Source of the DNA: a virus
Taxonomy: Duplodnaviria; Caudoviricetes
Direction: 5' to 3' (one strand)
Length of the DNA stretch: 61,590 nucleotides
Virus record (IMG/VR): IMGVR_UViG_3300032053_000072
Span: 1 to 61,590 of that record
The position numbers and the translations under genes are program-made. Positions 1 to 10,300 of the stretch are shown in pieces. The notes below the pieces were generated by a model, which was given only the letters and a program-made list of their open reading frames with translations, was not told the DNA's origin and did not search any database. How positions within the stretch are numbered: the stretch's first letter is position 1; each line of letters starts with the position of its first letter.

Positions 1-127
1 GGTTGGCCCCGGTGGTGAGCCGGGGTCTGAGTGCGTGGGGAGCGGTTGGGCTAGGGAGTCACCCCCGCCTTCCGGCATAGGCGCCGATACTCGTCTTTTA
101 CTGTCTGGGGTAGGCCACCTTGCCTCT
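1..127. repeat. Terminal 127-bp direct repeat, identical to 61464-61590 (circular assembly overlap)
   Basis: Direct sequence identity; extends past the intergenic repeat into unique coding sequence; 127 is a common assembler k-mer. Confidence 0.92.
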
Positions 128-494
128 GCATCTGGTCCGCCATCTCGGCCCCGCTCTCTCTGTAGCCAGTGTTGGCAATTGCCTGCTCTCGGCATTGCCA
201 GCGGGTCTGCTCATCGGGGTTCTCGCCAGTGCCATGGCATTCGGGGCATTTTCCCCACGTGTACCAGTCACCACTTCCCTGACATAGGCGACACAATTGC
301 TCCTTGACTTTTGGCGGGTCGTACGTGGTGCTCATTGTAGCCCCCCTCTCGGCTAATGCCCGCGCGTCGAGTTCGCGCAGGGCTAGGCGGATTGTGTCAG
401 TTGTGGTGCGTAGGCCGAGGCCCTCGCGCAGTCTGGCGATGACTGCCCTGTCCTCGGCCGTGAGGCGGATCGACGTTTTTGGATATTTGGTCAT
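51..494 (-). CDS. Ribbon-helix-helix-like domain fused to a CxxCxGxG zinc-finger region
   Basis: N-term TSIRLTAEDRAVIARL...DTIRLALREL; CRLCQGSG and CPECHGTG; internal RBS and in-frame ATG at 335. Confidence 0.75.
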   Translation of the reverse strand: MTKYPKTSIRLTAEDRAVIARLREGLGLRTTTDTIRLALRELDARALAERGATMSTTYDPPKVKEQLCRLCQGSGDWYTWGKCPECHGTGENPDEQTRWQCREQAIANTGYRESGAEMADQMQRQGGLPQTVKDEYRRLCRKAGVTP

Positions 495-495
495 G

Positions 496-1209
496 CTATG
501 ACTCCCGATTGCGGCGCGTTTCCAGCAGCGCCAGCAGCCTAACAGCGACCGGCGCGTCCTTGGCTACCCGGTAGCCGATGCCGATCACGGCATTGCTCCG
601 GCTCCAATCGTCACCATCCGCGCCGTTGGCCTGGATGAACCAAACGTCATCGGCGCCGATGATGAACGTGCTGCCGCCGCCATAGACGTCGAATGTATCT
701 AGGAGCCGTTGGCCCTCTGGGGCCAACACGCAATGCGGCATCTCGCCAGCCGAACGGAACTCCGCGATAATGCTCTCTAGCTCTTGGGCGCGAGCCCTGG
801 CGGCCTGCCGTTCCTCTAGCGCCGCCATAGCAGGCGCGGCTTCCTCCGGTGTGGCCTGCCGACAGTCGGCCCAGTACACCCGGCCCGATTCATCGCCAAC
901 CCCAAAACTCATGCCCTCCTCGCGGTAGTACTGGGAGCCGGCGCTGAGCACGTACAACCACTCTGGATAGCCGCGTGCCAGAAGGCGCTCGTTTGAGTGG
1001 ACGATCTGTGCCTGTGTCCATCCGGTGTAGCCGTAGCCCTCCCCACCACTCAGGCGCCAGGTGAGCTCACTGCTCACCGGCTTTGGCTTGGCTATAGGGC
1101 ACTGGACGTGCGAGGCATCCCGGCCTCGCTCCCAGTTGATTGAGGCTCCCGGTGTGATCTTGCCGCCGCATTTGCCGCATTTACCTGCGTATCGCGCCGT
1201 GATGACCAT
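496..1209 (-). CDS. Hypothetical protein with N-terminal Zn-finger (CxxC...HxxC)
   Basis: 237-aa ORF, RBS GAGGGAG, coupled to its neighbours. Confidence 0.75.
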   Translation of the reverse strand: MVITARYAGKCGKCGGKITPGASINWERGRDASHVQCPIAKPKPVSSELTWRLSGGEGYGYTGWTQAQIVHSNERLLARGYPEWLYVLSAGSQYYREEGMSFGVGDESGRVYWADCRQATPEEAAPAMAALEERQAARARAQELESIIAEFRSAGEMPHCVLAPEGQRLLDTFDVYGGGSTFIIGADDVWFIQANGADGDDWSRSNAVIGIGYRVAKDAPVAVRLLALLETRRNRES

Positions 1210-1384
1210 TGCTGACTCCCTCCTCCTCTGTGAGTTTCTTCGTGGCTACCCATCTCCGACCCCACTTGTCGGCCCTCGCGGCTGCGCGTCGCGCCAGGGA
1301 CAGCCGGCCCTGGTCGAGGTATCGCTGCATGAGGTCTACATTGCGGCCATACTGCTCATGGGCCTGTGCCAGGTTGTTGTCCAC
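1181..1384 (-). CDS. Small hypothetical protein, first gene of the accessory operon
   Basis: AGAGGAG RBS and GTG start directly downstream of a consensus promoter. Confidence 0.7.
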   Translation of the reverse strand: MDNNLAQAHEQYGRNVDLMQRYLDQGRLSLARRAAARADKWGRRWVATKKLTEEEGVSNGHHGAIRR

Positions 1385-1411
1385 GTTCGTCTCCTCTATC
1401 TGTCTAGGTAC

Positions 1412-1440
1412 ATTATAGGCCGCCGCGCCCTACCTGTCAA
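1412..1440 (-). promoter_or_regulatory. Perfect sigma70-type promoter TTGACA-17-TATAAT driving the accessory cassette operon
   Basis: Plus strand tgtcaa 1435-1440 and attata 1412-1417, 17-bp spacer. Confidence 0.92.
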
Positions 1441-1526
1441 GAGACAAACGGGGGCCAAATGGGCGTATGGGCCGAAACACACCCACCAATTGTGAAACGC
1501 GCGGATCACTGGAGATGAACTGCAAT

Positions 1527-1555
1527 GGGAAAGGGGCCGGTGACAAGCCGGCCCC
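1527..1555 (-). terminator. GC-rich hairpin GGGGCCGG-cttgtca-CCGGCCCC followed by TTT
   Basis: 8-bp perfect stem (1533-1540/1548-1555); U-tract is short. Confidence 0.55.
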
Positions 1556-1695
1556 CGCGAAGAGGAGGAAGGGATGATGACAGCGCTGTACGGAGCCTGA
1601 TGCGCCAATCAGGGGGGATGCCCTTCTCACTCGCCCTGGCGTCGCACTACGTCTGTGCGGGACTGGCATTACTACACGCCGCTCCGTATCAGGAC
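1530..1695 (-). ncRNA. Candidate structured small RNA with an anti-Shine-Dalgarno tail
   Basis: Own promoter; 8-bp closing stem TACGGAGC/GCTCCGTA; nested stems; TTCCTCCTCTT segment; terminal hairpin. Confidence 0.5.
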
Positions 1696-1701
1696 GTGAC
1701 C

Positions 1702-1730
1702 ATTATAACCTAGATCATACGCCGTTCCAA
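1702..1730 (-). promoter_or_regulatory. Promoter TTGGAA-17-TATAAT overlapping the endolysin stop
   Basis: Plus strand ttccaa 1725-1730 and attata 1702-1707. Confidence 0.7.
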
Positions 1731-3203
1731 CTCGTAAGCTGGCCCGACGATGTGATCCAGCAGCCGGCGCCTCGTATCCTCCAGTTCGATGCGCATCCGC
1801 TCTATCTCGCGCACGCTCTCCTCGGCATTCCAGCGCAGAGCCGTCGCGTCAAGCGTGACAGGGACAGGCACCGGATTTGGGGTCGGTTGTGGGGTCGGCG
1901 TGGGGCCAACGCTCTCTCCTTTCAGTAGCGGCATCGGGTCAGTCCACCCATTCATCCCGGCCGGGAAGATGCCCAATCGCCGGACGCCGAAGTGCAGGTG
2001 CGGCCCGGTCGAGTTACCGCTGTTGCCGGAGCGCATGATCACATCGCCGGCCCGCACCGTCTGCCCGTTCCGCGCCAGCGTCTCCAAGGCGTGGCCGTAG
2101 AGCGACCAGCCCCAGATGTGCGACAGCCATACCGCGTTGCCATAGCCGCTGCCGGACTGCTGCACCTTCACCACCTTGCCGGCATCGCAGGCGCGGATGG
2201 GCGTGCCCGTCACGACCGAGAAGTCCAGGCCGTTGTGCCCCTCGACGCCGAACTGGCGGTAGTAGCCGGGGTTCTCGCCGAACTTCTGTGTCATGCGATA
2301 GGGCTCCGGCACCGGGCACGTTAGTTTCGGCACCACCACCAGCGACGCCACCGGCGCGCTCAGGCGGTCGAGGAGATCAGGCCGCTTGAGCAACTCCACC
2401 AGGTCGAAACTTTCCCACTGGTTGTTTTCATAGTCCAGGACAAAGAGGCAATACCCCCGTACCTTCGGCGAAAGGAGCGCCGTCGCCATGCGCAGCATCT
2501 CGACGTATTGCTCGAGCGTGACCGCGCCGCGCCAGCCGCGGTTGCCCTGGCCGTCCTCCACGTGGCGATCCATGCCGAACTCGCCCATGATCACCTTGCA
2601 GTCATACGGGATCTGCCAATGCCGGCCCACCAAGTAGGGGTGCGAATCCTTGCCGGCCAGCGGCCCGTAGGGGCCAAAGTACTCGTGCGCTGACCAGTAG
2701 TCGTTTGGCCCCAGCAGCGGGAAGATGGGCGCCATGTAGTCGAACCAGTTCACGTCGTCCGTGCCAATCGAGCGCGGCCAGCCGGTGTTCGTGTTGCCCA
2801 CCATTTGGCCGTAGACGCCCCGCTGTTTGCCGAGGCGCAGACCCTCACAGGTGTAGTCCACCCAGCGCTTAATGAAGTCGGTGCCGATCCAGAGGTGCGG
2901 CTCGTTCTTCCGCATGAAGACGCACTGGCACCAACCGGCATCCTGCCAGCGCAGGAACGCCTCGATCTCCTCCCGCGCTAGCGCCTTTGGGTCTTGCGTC
3001 TCGAGCGCGGCATGGTTGTCCACCAGTGCCCCGTCCACGGCGACGATGATGGTGCCCGGCGAGGAAGCGTGCCAGGCGGCGATCTGTGTTGCTGATGAGC
3101 AGCCGACCCTGACCTTCATCACCGGCGGCTTGTGCGTCGCCACGTACTCGTCTATCAGCGCCGGGAAGTGGCGCGGTAAGGTGTACCAACCGGGAACCAT
3201 CAT
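1710..3203 (-). CDS. Endolysin: glycoside-hydrolase-like N-domain plus M23 peptidase
   Basis: M23 motifs HNGLDF, SLYGH and STGPHLHF; PTPTPQP linker; HEY...GEFG in the N-domain. Confidence 0.85.
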   Translation of the reverse strand: MMVPGWYTLPRHFPALIDEYVATHKPPVMKVRVGCSSATQIAAWHASSPGTIIVAVDGALVDNHAALETQDPKALAREEIEAFLRWQDAGWCQCVFMRKNEPHLWIGTDFIKRWVDYTCEGLRLGKQRGVYGQMVGNTNTGWPRSIGTDDVNWFDYMAPIFPLLGPNDYWSAHEYFGPYGPLAGKDSHPYLVGRHWQIPYDCKVIMGEFGMDRHVEDGQGNRGWRGAVTLEQYVEMLRMATALLSPKVRGYCLFVLDYENNQWESFDLVELLKRPDLLDRLSAPVASLVVVPKLTCPVPEPYRMTQKFGENPGYYRQFGVEGHNGLDFSVVTGTPIRACDAGKVVKVQQSGSGYGNAVWLSHIWGWSLYGHALETLARNGQTVRAGDVIMRSGNSGNSTGPHLHFGVRRLGIFPAGMNGWTDPMPLLKGESVGPTPTPQPTPNPVPVPVTLDATALRWNAEESVREIERMRIELEDTRRRLLDHIVGPAYELERRMI

Positions 3204-3400
3204 TCCTCCTCTTGCCGCTCGCTAGCGGCTACCGGCACCCGCATTGCCAGCACCTGCTGCTTCGTCGCCTCTAGCGCGGCCAGGACCTCGCCCACGCTTG
3301 TCCCTGGCTCGGAGTCAGACTCGACGTGCCAGCGGGCGATCTGCTCGGCGGGCCTGGCCGGGTTGGGTTCCACGGTTATGACTACACGCCATGTCCTCAT
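3200..3400 (-). CDS. Small hypothetical protein
   Basis: Overlaps both neighbours by 4 nt; contains the endolysin RBS. Confidence 0.6.
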   Translation of the reverse strand: MRTWRVVITVEPNPARPAEQIARWHVESDSEPGTSVGEVLAALEATKQQVLAMRVPVAASERQEEE

Positions 3401-4596
3401 CCCGTCTCCAGTAGTTGCTCTTCAAGGAGCGCCAGCCGAGCACCTTGTTGCCTTACCGCGCCCACTAGCAGCATGGAGAGGCGCGTGAAATTTACCATGG
3501 CTCGCGGTCCATCATCGTAGAAGTTCACCACGCGCTCACTCTGTAGCGCTCGCGCATGTTCACCCATCCACTCCCCGAACCCATCGCGTATAGGGTCGCG
3601 GCGCCGCGCGAACTCGGTTTCTAGTGCTCCCAGGAGGGCAACATCGTCGTGCTCGTCGAAAGGTACCCACTCCACATCCGCGTGTGCTGAGCCCTCGACG
3701 TCGAACAGGAACCTCATGAGGCCGTTCGCACCCTCGCCGATAGCGACCAGGTTGGCGTTGGCGCCAGGCGTGGTTATTGATGTGCCCGATTTCTTGGCCG
3801 AGTATAGCTCTATGTAGGCACGCGCGGAGGTGGTTTTTGCAGAGTCGTCAATGACGCCGGCGCCAAACAAAACAAGCGCCTCTGTCGCTTCGCTAAACCC
3901 GGACACTTGTAATCCGCCCGTGGTGGCGGCGGCTTTCCTAAAAGTGGCGAAGCTGTCCACTTCGGTGAACGTCGTCATGCCGTGGTCAACGTCGCTGGAT
4001 TTGAGGGTCAGTATCTCATCGTCAGCCGTGCCCTGGTCGAGCGTCAGTCCGTCCGTCATCTTGGTATTGTGGGTGGCCGTGCCGATGCGCATCTTAGCGC
4101 CGGTGAGTGAGAGTTGATTGTCGGTATCGTCGAACGTGAGCAATGGCCCCGCTGCCTGGCCTATCGTGCCTCCGTCTACCATTGTGATGCGGTTCGCGGC
4201 CCCAGCAGCAACGCCGATGCCTAGCCCTGCCAGTTGCAGGTAGCCGCTGGCATCCGTCTTCAGTATCGCCGCTGCCGCGCCAGGGTTGCTGCTCGGCGTC
4301 AGCTTGGCGATGGTATTGGCCGCGCTCAGCCCGAACACATCCAGAGCAGCGCCGCCCGTGTAGGCATGCTTAGTCAGAATGTTATGGGCGGCAAGGTCAG
4401 CTTCTACGTCCGCCCGGAACGTCGGATCGGCAGCGGCGCCCGAGACAGGGCCGCGTAAGGCGGTGTTGGCGGCCTGGCTGTCGAGCGTCAGCGCCTGGGT
4501 GGAGAGGTCGAGCACCGCCTGGATCGCGGCATCGCCGAGAGTGAGGGCATCGTGGAGTTCTGTTGAAAACACCAACCGCTTCCAAGTGGCTGCCAT
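3397..4596 (-). CDS. Tail fibre/spike with a C-terminal chaperone-like coiled segment
   Basis: G/A/T-rich; C-term VNFTRLSMLLVGAVRQQGARLALLE resembles S74-type chaperone tails; position in tail module. Confidence 0.7.
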   Translation of the reverse strand: MAATWKRLVFSTELHDALTLGDAAIQAVLDLSTQALTLDSQAANTALRGPVSGAAADPTFRADVEADLAAHNILTKHAYTGGAALDVFGLSAANTIAKLTPSSNPGAAAAILKTDASGYLQLAGLGIGVAAGAANRITMVDGGTIGQAAGPLLTFDDTDNQLSLTGAKMRIGTATHNTKMTDGLTLDQGTADDEILTLKSSDVDHGMTTFTEVDSFATFRKAAATTGGLQVSGFSEATEALVLFGAGVIDDSAKTTSARAYIELYSAKKSGTSITTPGANANLVAIGEGANGLMRFLFDVEGSAHADVEWVPFDEHDDVALLGALETEFARRRDPIRDGFGEWMGEHARALQSERVVNFYDDGPRAMVNFTRLSMLLVGAVRQQGARLALLEEQLLETG

Positions 4597-4835
4597 TAGG
4601 CACCGCCTAGATATCGGGCTTTGGCTTGTGCTATCGTCTCGCTCACCAGTATCTCTAGGACAAGCAACACTTGGGGCAATGGCAAACGAGAGACCGAGAT
4701 GAACGTAACGAACTGATTGTGCAGTTGTCCCATCTGTTCATCCAGTGACTCTTTGTACGCTTCGCCTAAGTGCTGTAGCAACTCAGTCTGTCGCTGCACT
4801 GCCAACGCTGCATCTCGCTCGGTAGCTTCTGTCAT
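4596..4835 (-). CDS. Small helical protein, possible fibre assembly chaperone
   Basis: Translationally coupled between two fibre genes. Confidence 0.55.
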   Translation of the reverse strand: MTEATERDAALAVQRQTELLQHLGEAYKESLDEQMGQLHNQFVTFISVSRLPLPQVLLVLEILVSETIAQAKARYLGGA

Positions 4836-5536
4836 GCAACCGCCGTGCAAAGATAGGCCGCGAGCTCAGCGGTTGACCAGAGAATCTTGCCGAGCACTGG
4901 CGTGGCGTAGGCATTGACCGCGGCAACATTCGCCACTGTCTGAATGACCTGATCTGTAAACCAATAACCGCCAAGAGCGGGATTAGCCACGGCAACTGAA
5001 TGCCCGCTCAAAGCGTGGGCAGTAGCAGGATAGGTTGCCGGGGTTCCGTGCGCATGGTCTCGGCGGGCGGCAACTACAGCAGTGCCGGCTGCGGCCGCAT
5101 CGCTCGGTGCAATGGTGCCGGGGACGGTGGCGTCAAACAAAGCCTTCCAAGAGGGCGTGGTTTCGCCGTTGGCTACTGCAAGATGGTTTATCAACCCTGC
5201 TGCCGGAACAGTGATTGCCAGCGATGCCCACTTGGGAGTATCGTTGCCAAAGACAACATCGCCAGCGGTTACACTGTCAGCGAGAGTGTCATTATGGATC
5301 GTGCCCAGTAGGGCATGTGCAGCAGCGGCGGCAGGGGCAGCACTCGTCCAATCTGTTGCATCCGATACCAGAACATTCCCCGCGGTGCCAGGGACGACGC
5401 TCGGCACGTTATGTGAGGCTAGAAGAGCCGCGGCAGTCGCGAACTTGGTATCGTTCGTGCCGGTATCCAGTTCCGCCCCACTCGCTTTGACAGGAATCTC
5501 GTCGAAGTACGCCAGTTTCTTCCAGACGGCAGCCAT
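4832..5536 (-). CDS. Tail fibre-like protein
   Basis: ARRDHAH motif; N-term MAAVWKKL parallels MAATWKRL of 3397-4596. Confidence 0.65.
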   Translation of the reverse strand: MAAVWKKLAYFDEIPVKASGAELDTGTNDTKFATAAALLASHNVPSVVPGTAGNVLVSDATDWTSAAPAAAAAHALLGTIHNDTLADSVTAGDVVFGNDTPKWASLAITVPAAGLINHLAVANGETTPSWKALFDATVPGTIAPSDAAAAGTAVVAARRDHAHGTPATYPATAHALSGHSVAVANPALGGYWFTDQVIQTVANVAAVNAYATPVLGKILWSTAELAAYLCTAVA

Positions 5537-5548
5537 TTCATCGTCCTC

Positions 5549-5881
5549 CTAGATATCCGTGCAGACCATCACAACTTTGCTTGCTGAGTTGTAGTAGATC
5601 GCCCCCTCCGCATCAATCAACGACGCCAGTGCCGGCGTCAACACAAGCCCACGCAAAAGTATTGGCTCAGCAGTTGCTTCCCATCTAGCGCTAACCGCAT
5701 TGTAGCGAATGAAGTCACCAGTAGTTGTACCGGTATAGAGGATGCCTCCATGGGAACTGTCGCTGTGATTATGCACCGTCACGGCGGCACCGCTGCCCGA
5801 TGGCTTTGCCGCCTGCACGGCGACGAGAGGGGCCACTTCCTCTTGGTAGTCCTGCGAATGCGTCAGATCGCGTTTCGGCAT
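5549..5881 (-). CDS. Minor tail/fibre-associated protein
   Basis: GDFIRYN...W and EGAIYYNS fibre-type motifs. Confidence 0.6.
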   Translation of the reverse strand: MPKRDLTHSQDYQEEVAPLVAVQAAKPSGSGAAVTVHNHSDSSHGGILYTGTTTGDFIRYNAVSARWEATAEPILLRGLVLTPALASLIDAEGAIYYNSASKVVMVCTDI

Positions 5882-5884
5882 TGT

Positions 5885-7348
5885 CTATGCCTCGAAGTCC
5901 TCATACGCGGTCAGCAACGTGTCGGCCCCATCATCTGCCACGCTGTAGGCGTCGCCATGGGCCAGCCAGTTGAGCGCTTTCAGCTCGAAGACCTGCGGCC
6001 CGCCCGCCGGGTCGGTATCGGCCAGGGTGCAGGAGTAGAGCGGCGCCCCATCGTCTCCGAGCGCGAGCGAGGCGATCCGTCCCGCCCCCCGCCAGCGCAG
6101 ATAGGGGTAGATATGTGTGATCACCCAGCGGCGACCGAGCAGCTCGGCCAATCCGACCCCATCCCGAGCGCCTTGATCGTGCCCGTGATACGTTGCGAAC
6201 TCGTGCTCGTACCAGCATGGGGATGCCTTGAGTACCGCCGGCTTCATCGCCTCCAGGTCGTCAGCGATCTCATCTATCGAGCCGTCTCCCGTGGCCGGCG
6301 TCTGATCGCCATACACGAACTCGCCTAGCGCGGTTGTGCGCGTCACACCCGCCAGATCGTTGAGATAGATGCGTGCCACGTCGGCAACCGGTTTCGTGCT
6401 CGGTCCATTCAAGCGCCCGATCTCGATGCAGTAACGCGTGCCGACCGTGTAGGCAGAGAGATCGGCGTCTAGCACCTGGGCTGCGTTGGTGACATACCTG
6501 GCCAATTCTGCCAGGCGCGCCCCGGGCGCCTTGTGTGGGTATTGCTCGTCATCAAGGTAGACAATAATGTTGCTGTCGGCGTCGCAGAGAGAGGTCGTCA
6601 TCTCCAGGTGTAGGTTCTGTGCCCCTCCTAGCCGGAACGTCCAGCGGAAAAGGCATTGCTCGTCATCATTACCCGGTTGGCCATGGCTTCCGATTCCGCT
6701 CTCACTGCCCAGCCACGGCCGCTCGTTGCACTCCTTGAGATACATTGCCGCCGTGCGGAGCATATTGAACTCGGCAGCCGTATGCGGCGTTGCCGTCGTC
6801 CAGGCGGGCCACGTCGGCCAAGTGAGGAACCCCGTCGTCCCCGTGAGCAGGGCGCGATAGATAAAGGCGCTGGTCACACCGCTGACGCCGTCACCATTGG
6901 TGATCAGTCGCGCCCGCACGACGTCGCCAGTGGCGTAGTTGTAGGGTCCGCCGCTGATCGAGAAACTGATTACGCCTGCTGTGTCTTCGACATCGTCAAA
7001 CCAGTGTGCGCCGGCACTGGTGTCCGTCTTGTTGCCGCCAACGTCATTCCAAGCACCCGCGTAGTAGAGTTGGAGTTTCGCATAGGCAGCGAGAGCAGGA
7101 TTGGGCAAGTCCACCCAGGCACTAAACTCGAAGGTCGGGTGCGCCGTCTGGTAGACCGTCTCCCCTTCCCAGCAGGTCTTCACCCCCTGGCCTGGAGGCG
7201 CGTACCACGACTGCGACTGCAGGCCGAGTAGCCCATGAGACATTCCGTAGGCTCCATCCGCATCGCGGGCGATGGCGTTCAACCACGAGCGCCCGCCGAG
7301 CATCATCCCCGTGGCTAACTCGACTACGGGCTGCCAACTTTCGTGCAT
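5885..7348 (-). CDS. Minor tail protein
   Basis: Likely start MHESWQ at 7348 (TGATG coupling with the upstream gene). Confidence 0.7.
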   Translation of the reverse strand: MHESWQPVVELATGMMLGGRSWLNAIARDADGAYGMSHGLLGLQSQSWYAPPGQGVKTCWEGETVYQTAHPTFEFSAWVDLPNPALAAYAKLQLYYAGAWNDVGGNKTDTSAGAHWFDDVEDTAGVISFSISGGPYNYATGDVVRARLITNGDGVSGVTSAFIYRALLTGTTGFLTWPTWPAWTTATPHTAAEFNMLRTAAMYLKECNERPWLGSESGIGSHGQPGNDDEQCLFRWTFRLGGAQNLHLEMTTSLCDADSNIIVYLDDEQYPHKAPGARLAELARYVTNAAQVLDADLSAYTVGTRYCIEIGRLNGPSTKPVADVARIYLNDLAGVTRTTALGEFVYGDQTPATGDGSIDEIADDLEAMKPAVLKASPCWYEHEFATYHGHDQGARDGVGLAELLGRRWVITHIYPYLRWRGAGRIASLALGDDGAPLYSCTLADTDPAGGPQVFELKALNWLAHGDAYSVADDGADTLLTAYEDFEA

Positions 7349-10300
7349 CAGAAACCTAGTCTCCCGTAACTGAGTCTGCTCGTCCCCACCTTGAATGCCC
7401 CCGCCGTTGTGCCCGTGCTCACCGTGGCATACTGGTACAACTCGTCTTGCGGTATCGCCAGCCACGTCTCCTCATAGCGTAAGGCGTAACTGCCCTGGCG
7501 GTGCAGCAGGATCACCAGTTTGTTGATCTGCGAGATGCCGGCCGCGATGTTGACCGTGATCGCACTGCCCACATTCAGCTCCGGATTGCCGGGCAGGGGC
7601 CCCACTGTCAGCAGGACGGGTGGGTCTTGCAGGCGGTAGGCTTTCAGTTCCGCGACCAGCGCCGCCTGCGCCTCGTGCTGCAGGCAGGCGCGCGCCTTCA
7701 CCTCGTTGGGCTTAACGTCGGTGCGCCGGTGCACGACCAGATAGTTTTTGTCCGCCTTATACTCGCGGTTGGGCAGTCCCTCGATAGGCCGCCCCAGCAC
7801 GTCAAATTTGCGGATCACCATGCCATGATTCGCGCTGGCATTGGCGAACTTCACCCGGCTGCTCACCGCACCTTCCGGCACCCAGGGCGTGCTGTCGTCG
7901 GCATTGCTGACCGTCAACTCCACACCCTCAGTGAAGCCGACGCCGCCGCTCGTGGTGGCCACCACCTCATAACTGTCGTACTCGGCTATCGGGTAGTGGA
8001 AGCGGATCGTCAGCGTCTTGGTGCAGAGCGGTGCTATGAGAATCGGAGTACCCAGTTGGTGCAGGTTCATCAGCCGCCCGGTGCGCCGTGGCTGGTAGGT
8101 GACGTTCACGACATCAAACGCCTGCCGGTAATCATGCCGCGGTCTGACGTTCTCTAGGAGAGTGCGGGTGTATGTGGCCTCACTCGCTGCCCCGATCCAC
8201 TTGGCCCAGGCCCAGAACTCCAGGTTGCCCGTCTTAGGATTGACCCAGACGATACCCGCCTCGCTCTCGGCGATCTCGCGCATCTCCGCCAGCCCATCGT
8301 CGGCGTCAGCATAGTGATAGGGTACCACCGTGTAGCCGCGATCGAGCGATGTCCCCGTGAAAGCAATGTCCGTCGCCACATCCGCGATCAACTCGTCCGT
8401 GCGATGGTCGGTCTGTGTCAGCGTCTCCGGGCGCTGCTGCTGAATGTCGAAGTCGTACCCCTGGCAACTCAGCGTCGCCGTGGCGCTGGCCTCGTCCTCC
8501 TGCACGTCCTGCACTCGTCCAAGAAACACGACCGCCCGCTGTGGCGTGCCGCCGGAATCGTAATAGCCGGGCGAGAAGCGGATCGGCGTCTGGAAGATTC
8601 CGTTCACTTGCGCTTGGCTGCCCGTGCGGTCCACCGAGAATCGCCCGTCGCTGTTGTCCATGCGCAGACTCATCTGCGCCACCGGCCCCTCGCCTAACTG
8701 GCTGAGACTGCCGCCCGGCGAGATGATGCCGTAGGAGTAGTTGACGCCCAGAAAAGCATTGCTCGTTTCTTCCGTCCAGGTGCCGTTGCGCGGCCAGTCC
8801 ATCTCGATGATGGCTGTCTGCAGTGCGAATGGCTCCTGACTTAGTTGACTGAGTGTCCGTGAATCCGAATACGCAAAGATGTTGTCGATGTCAAAGAACA
8901 CGACATTGGTTTCATTGATCGTATAGTCGCTGGGGCTCGACCAGGTAATGCTCAACTGGCCCCAGTCAAGCCAGTACCACTGCCACGACATGTACTCGTA
9001 ATAGACGGGGTCGCTGTGATAGTAGTCGGAGATGAAGTCGTGCGGTCTTGCTATCGTGTGTGAGCCGATGGTCGCCCCGTCCAAGTAGTACTCGAGAGTG
9101 TCGTTTACTATGTCCGCAACCACCTTGAACGTTCGCCATGCGCCGGTGCGCGCGAATGAAATAGCCGCGCCAGTGCTCAAGCAAGGCAACCCCTCGTCCA
9201 CGTAGAATGAATCAGAGGTACCATCATAGGCCAGACGGAATAGGTATGTGGCTGGACTGTAGGAGTTGCCGTTGCCGTCTATCTCGGCGTCTATGTAGTA
9301 AGAAGGGCAACCCTCCAAGTAGCATTTTGCGATGGCCTGATCGTCACCTGGATCACCTGCTGACTCAACACGGAAATCGAACGAAAAGGTTTCTATGGCA
9401 CCCGTCTGCAATGACTTATCAACATACGCTGGAATCGGCCCCTCAAAGTAAATGTTATGTCCGTTGATGTCCGTGAAGTTCATGTAGTGATTGTCGCCTT
9501 CTGTGAGCAGAGGCGAAGGCCAACAACCGTCCCACAAATTGTCGCCTACACACCAACAGAACTTACGAGGATACCTCCAGGAAGAAGTGGAATCCTCCAA
9601 GTCCTCCTGGAACGCCCACCCCTTTTCATAGGTGAACTCCAAATCGTCTATGTCATAGACGATTGACATCTCCCACAGCATCACCTCCCACTCGTAGTAC
9701 GGCGTCAGAGGGAAGTAAAAGCTGAAGTGCCCCAGATAAACCTGCTCACCGCCAACCCAAACCTCTCTCATGCCAGTCCGAGCATCGAACTTGAACTCAA
9801 ACTTAGTCCAATCGTCCGGACGTGGTACATAAATAGTGACCCAATCGTCCTCATGCTCAGGGTCAGCCGAATCACGCTCGTCGAACTCGAACTCAACCAT
9901 GTCAGGGTAGTCAGGATCATCCGCGCCAGTGAGGTAGACAGCCTCACTTACGACGTACTCATCCCACATGAAGCTGTCCCACCCAGTAGCAAGTGGCTCT
10001 GGAATGCGCAGGTAGAAGGACAAAGACCACACCATCGGGTAGAACGGTATCATTAACTCCATGTCGGCATTGCCGGTGATCGGGAACTGGACATACCAGT
10101 CCCCACTATGCGCCGTGGGGTCATTCACGAATTGAATGTCGTGCTCGAAGTATTGCTGAACCCAACCATCTTCCCAGGCCGTGCCTTGACTCCACTGCGC
10201 GTGAATCGCATCTATCCCGCCCTCGAAGTCCGTGCTGAGGTTGATATCCTCGAGTACACCCGGCGTGAAGTACTCCGAGCCGTCCGGCACAAGCCACACG

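Noticed and set aside
1574-1600. Plus-strand peptide MMTALYGA behind AGAGGAGG
   Set aside because: Only 8 codons and no plus-strand promoter seen; the minus-strand RNA reading has promoter support, though the peptide is not excluded
1589-1688. Twister or hammerhead ribozyme, or tRNA
   Set aside because: Partial resemblance only; the conserved cores and a cloverleaf could not be fitted by eye
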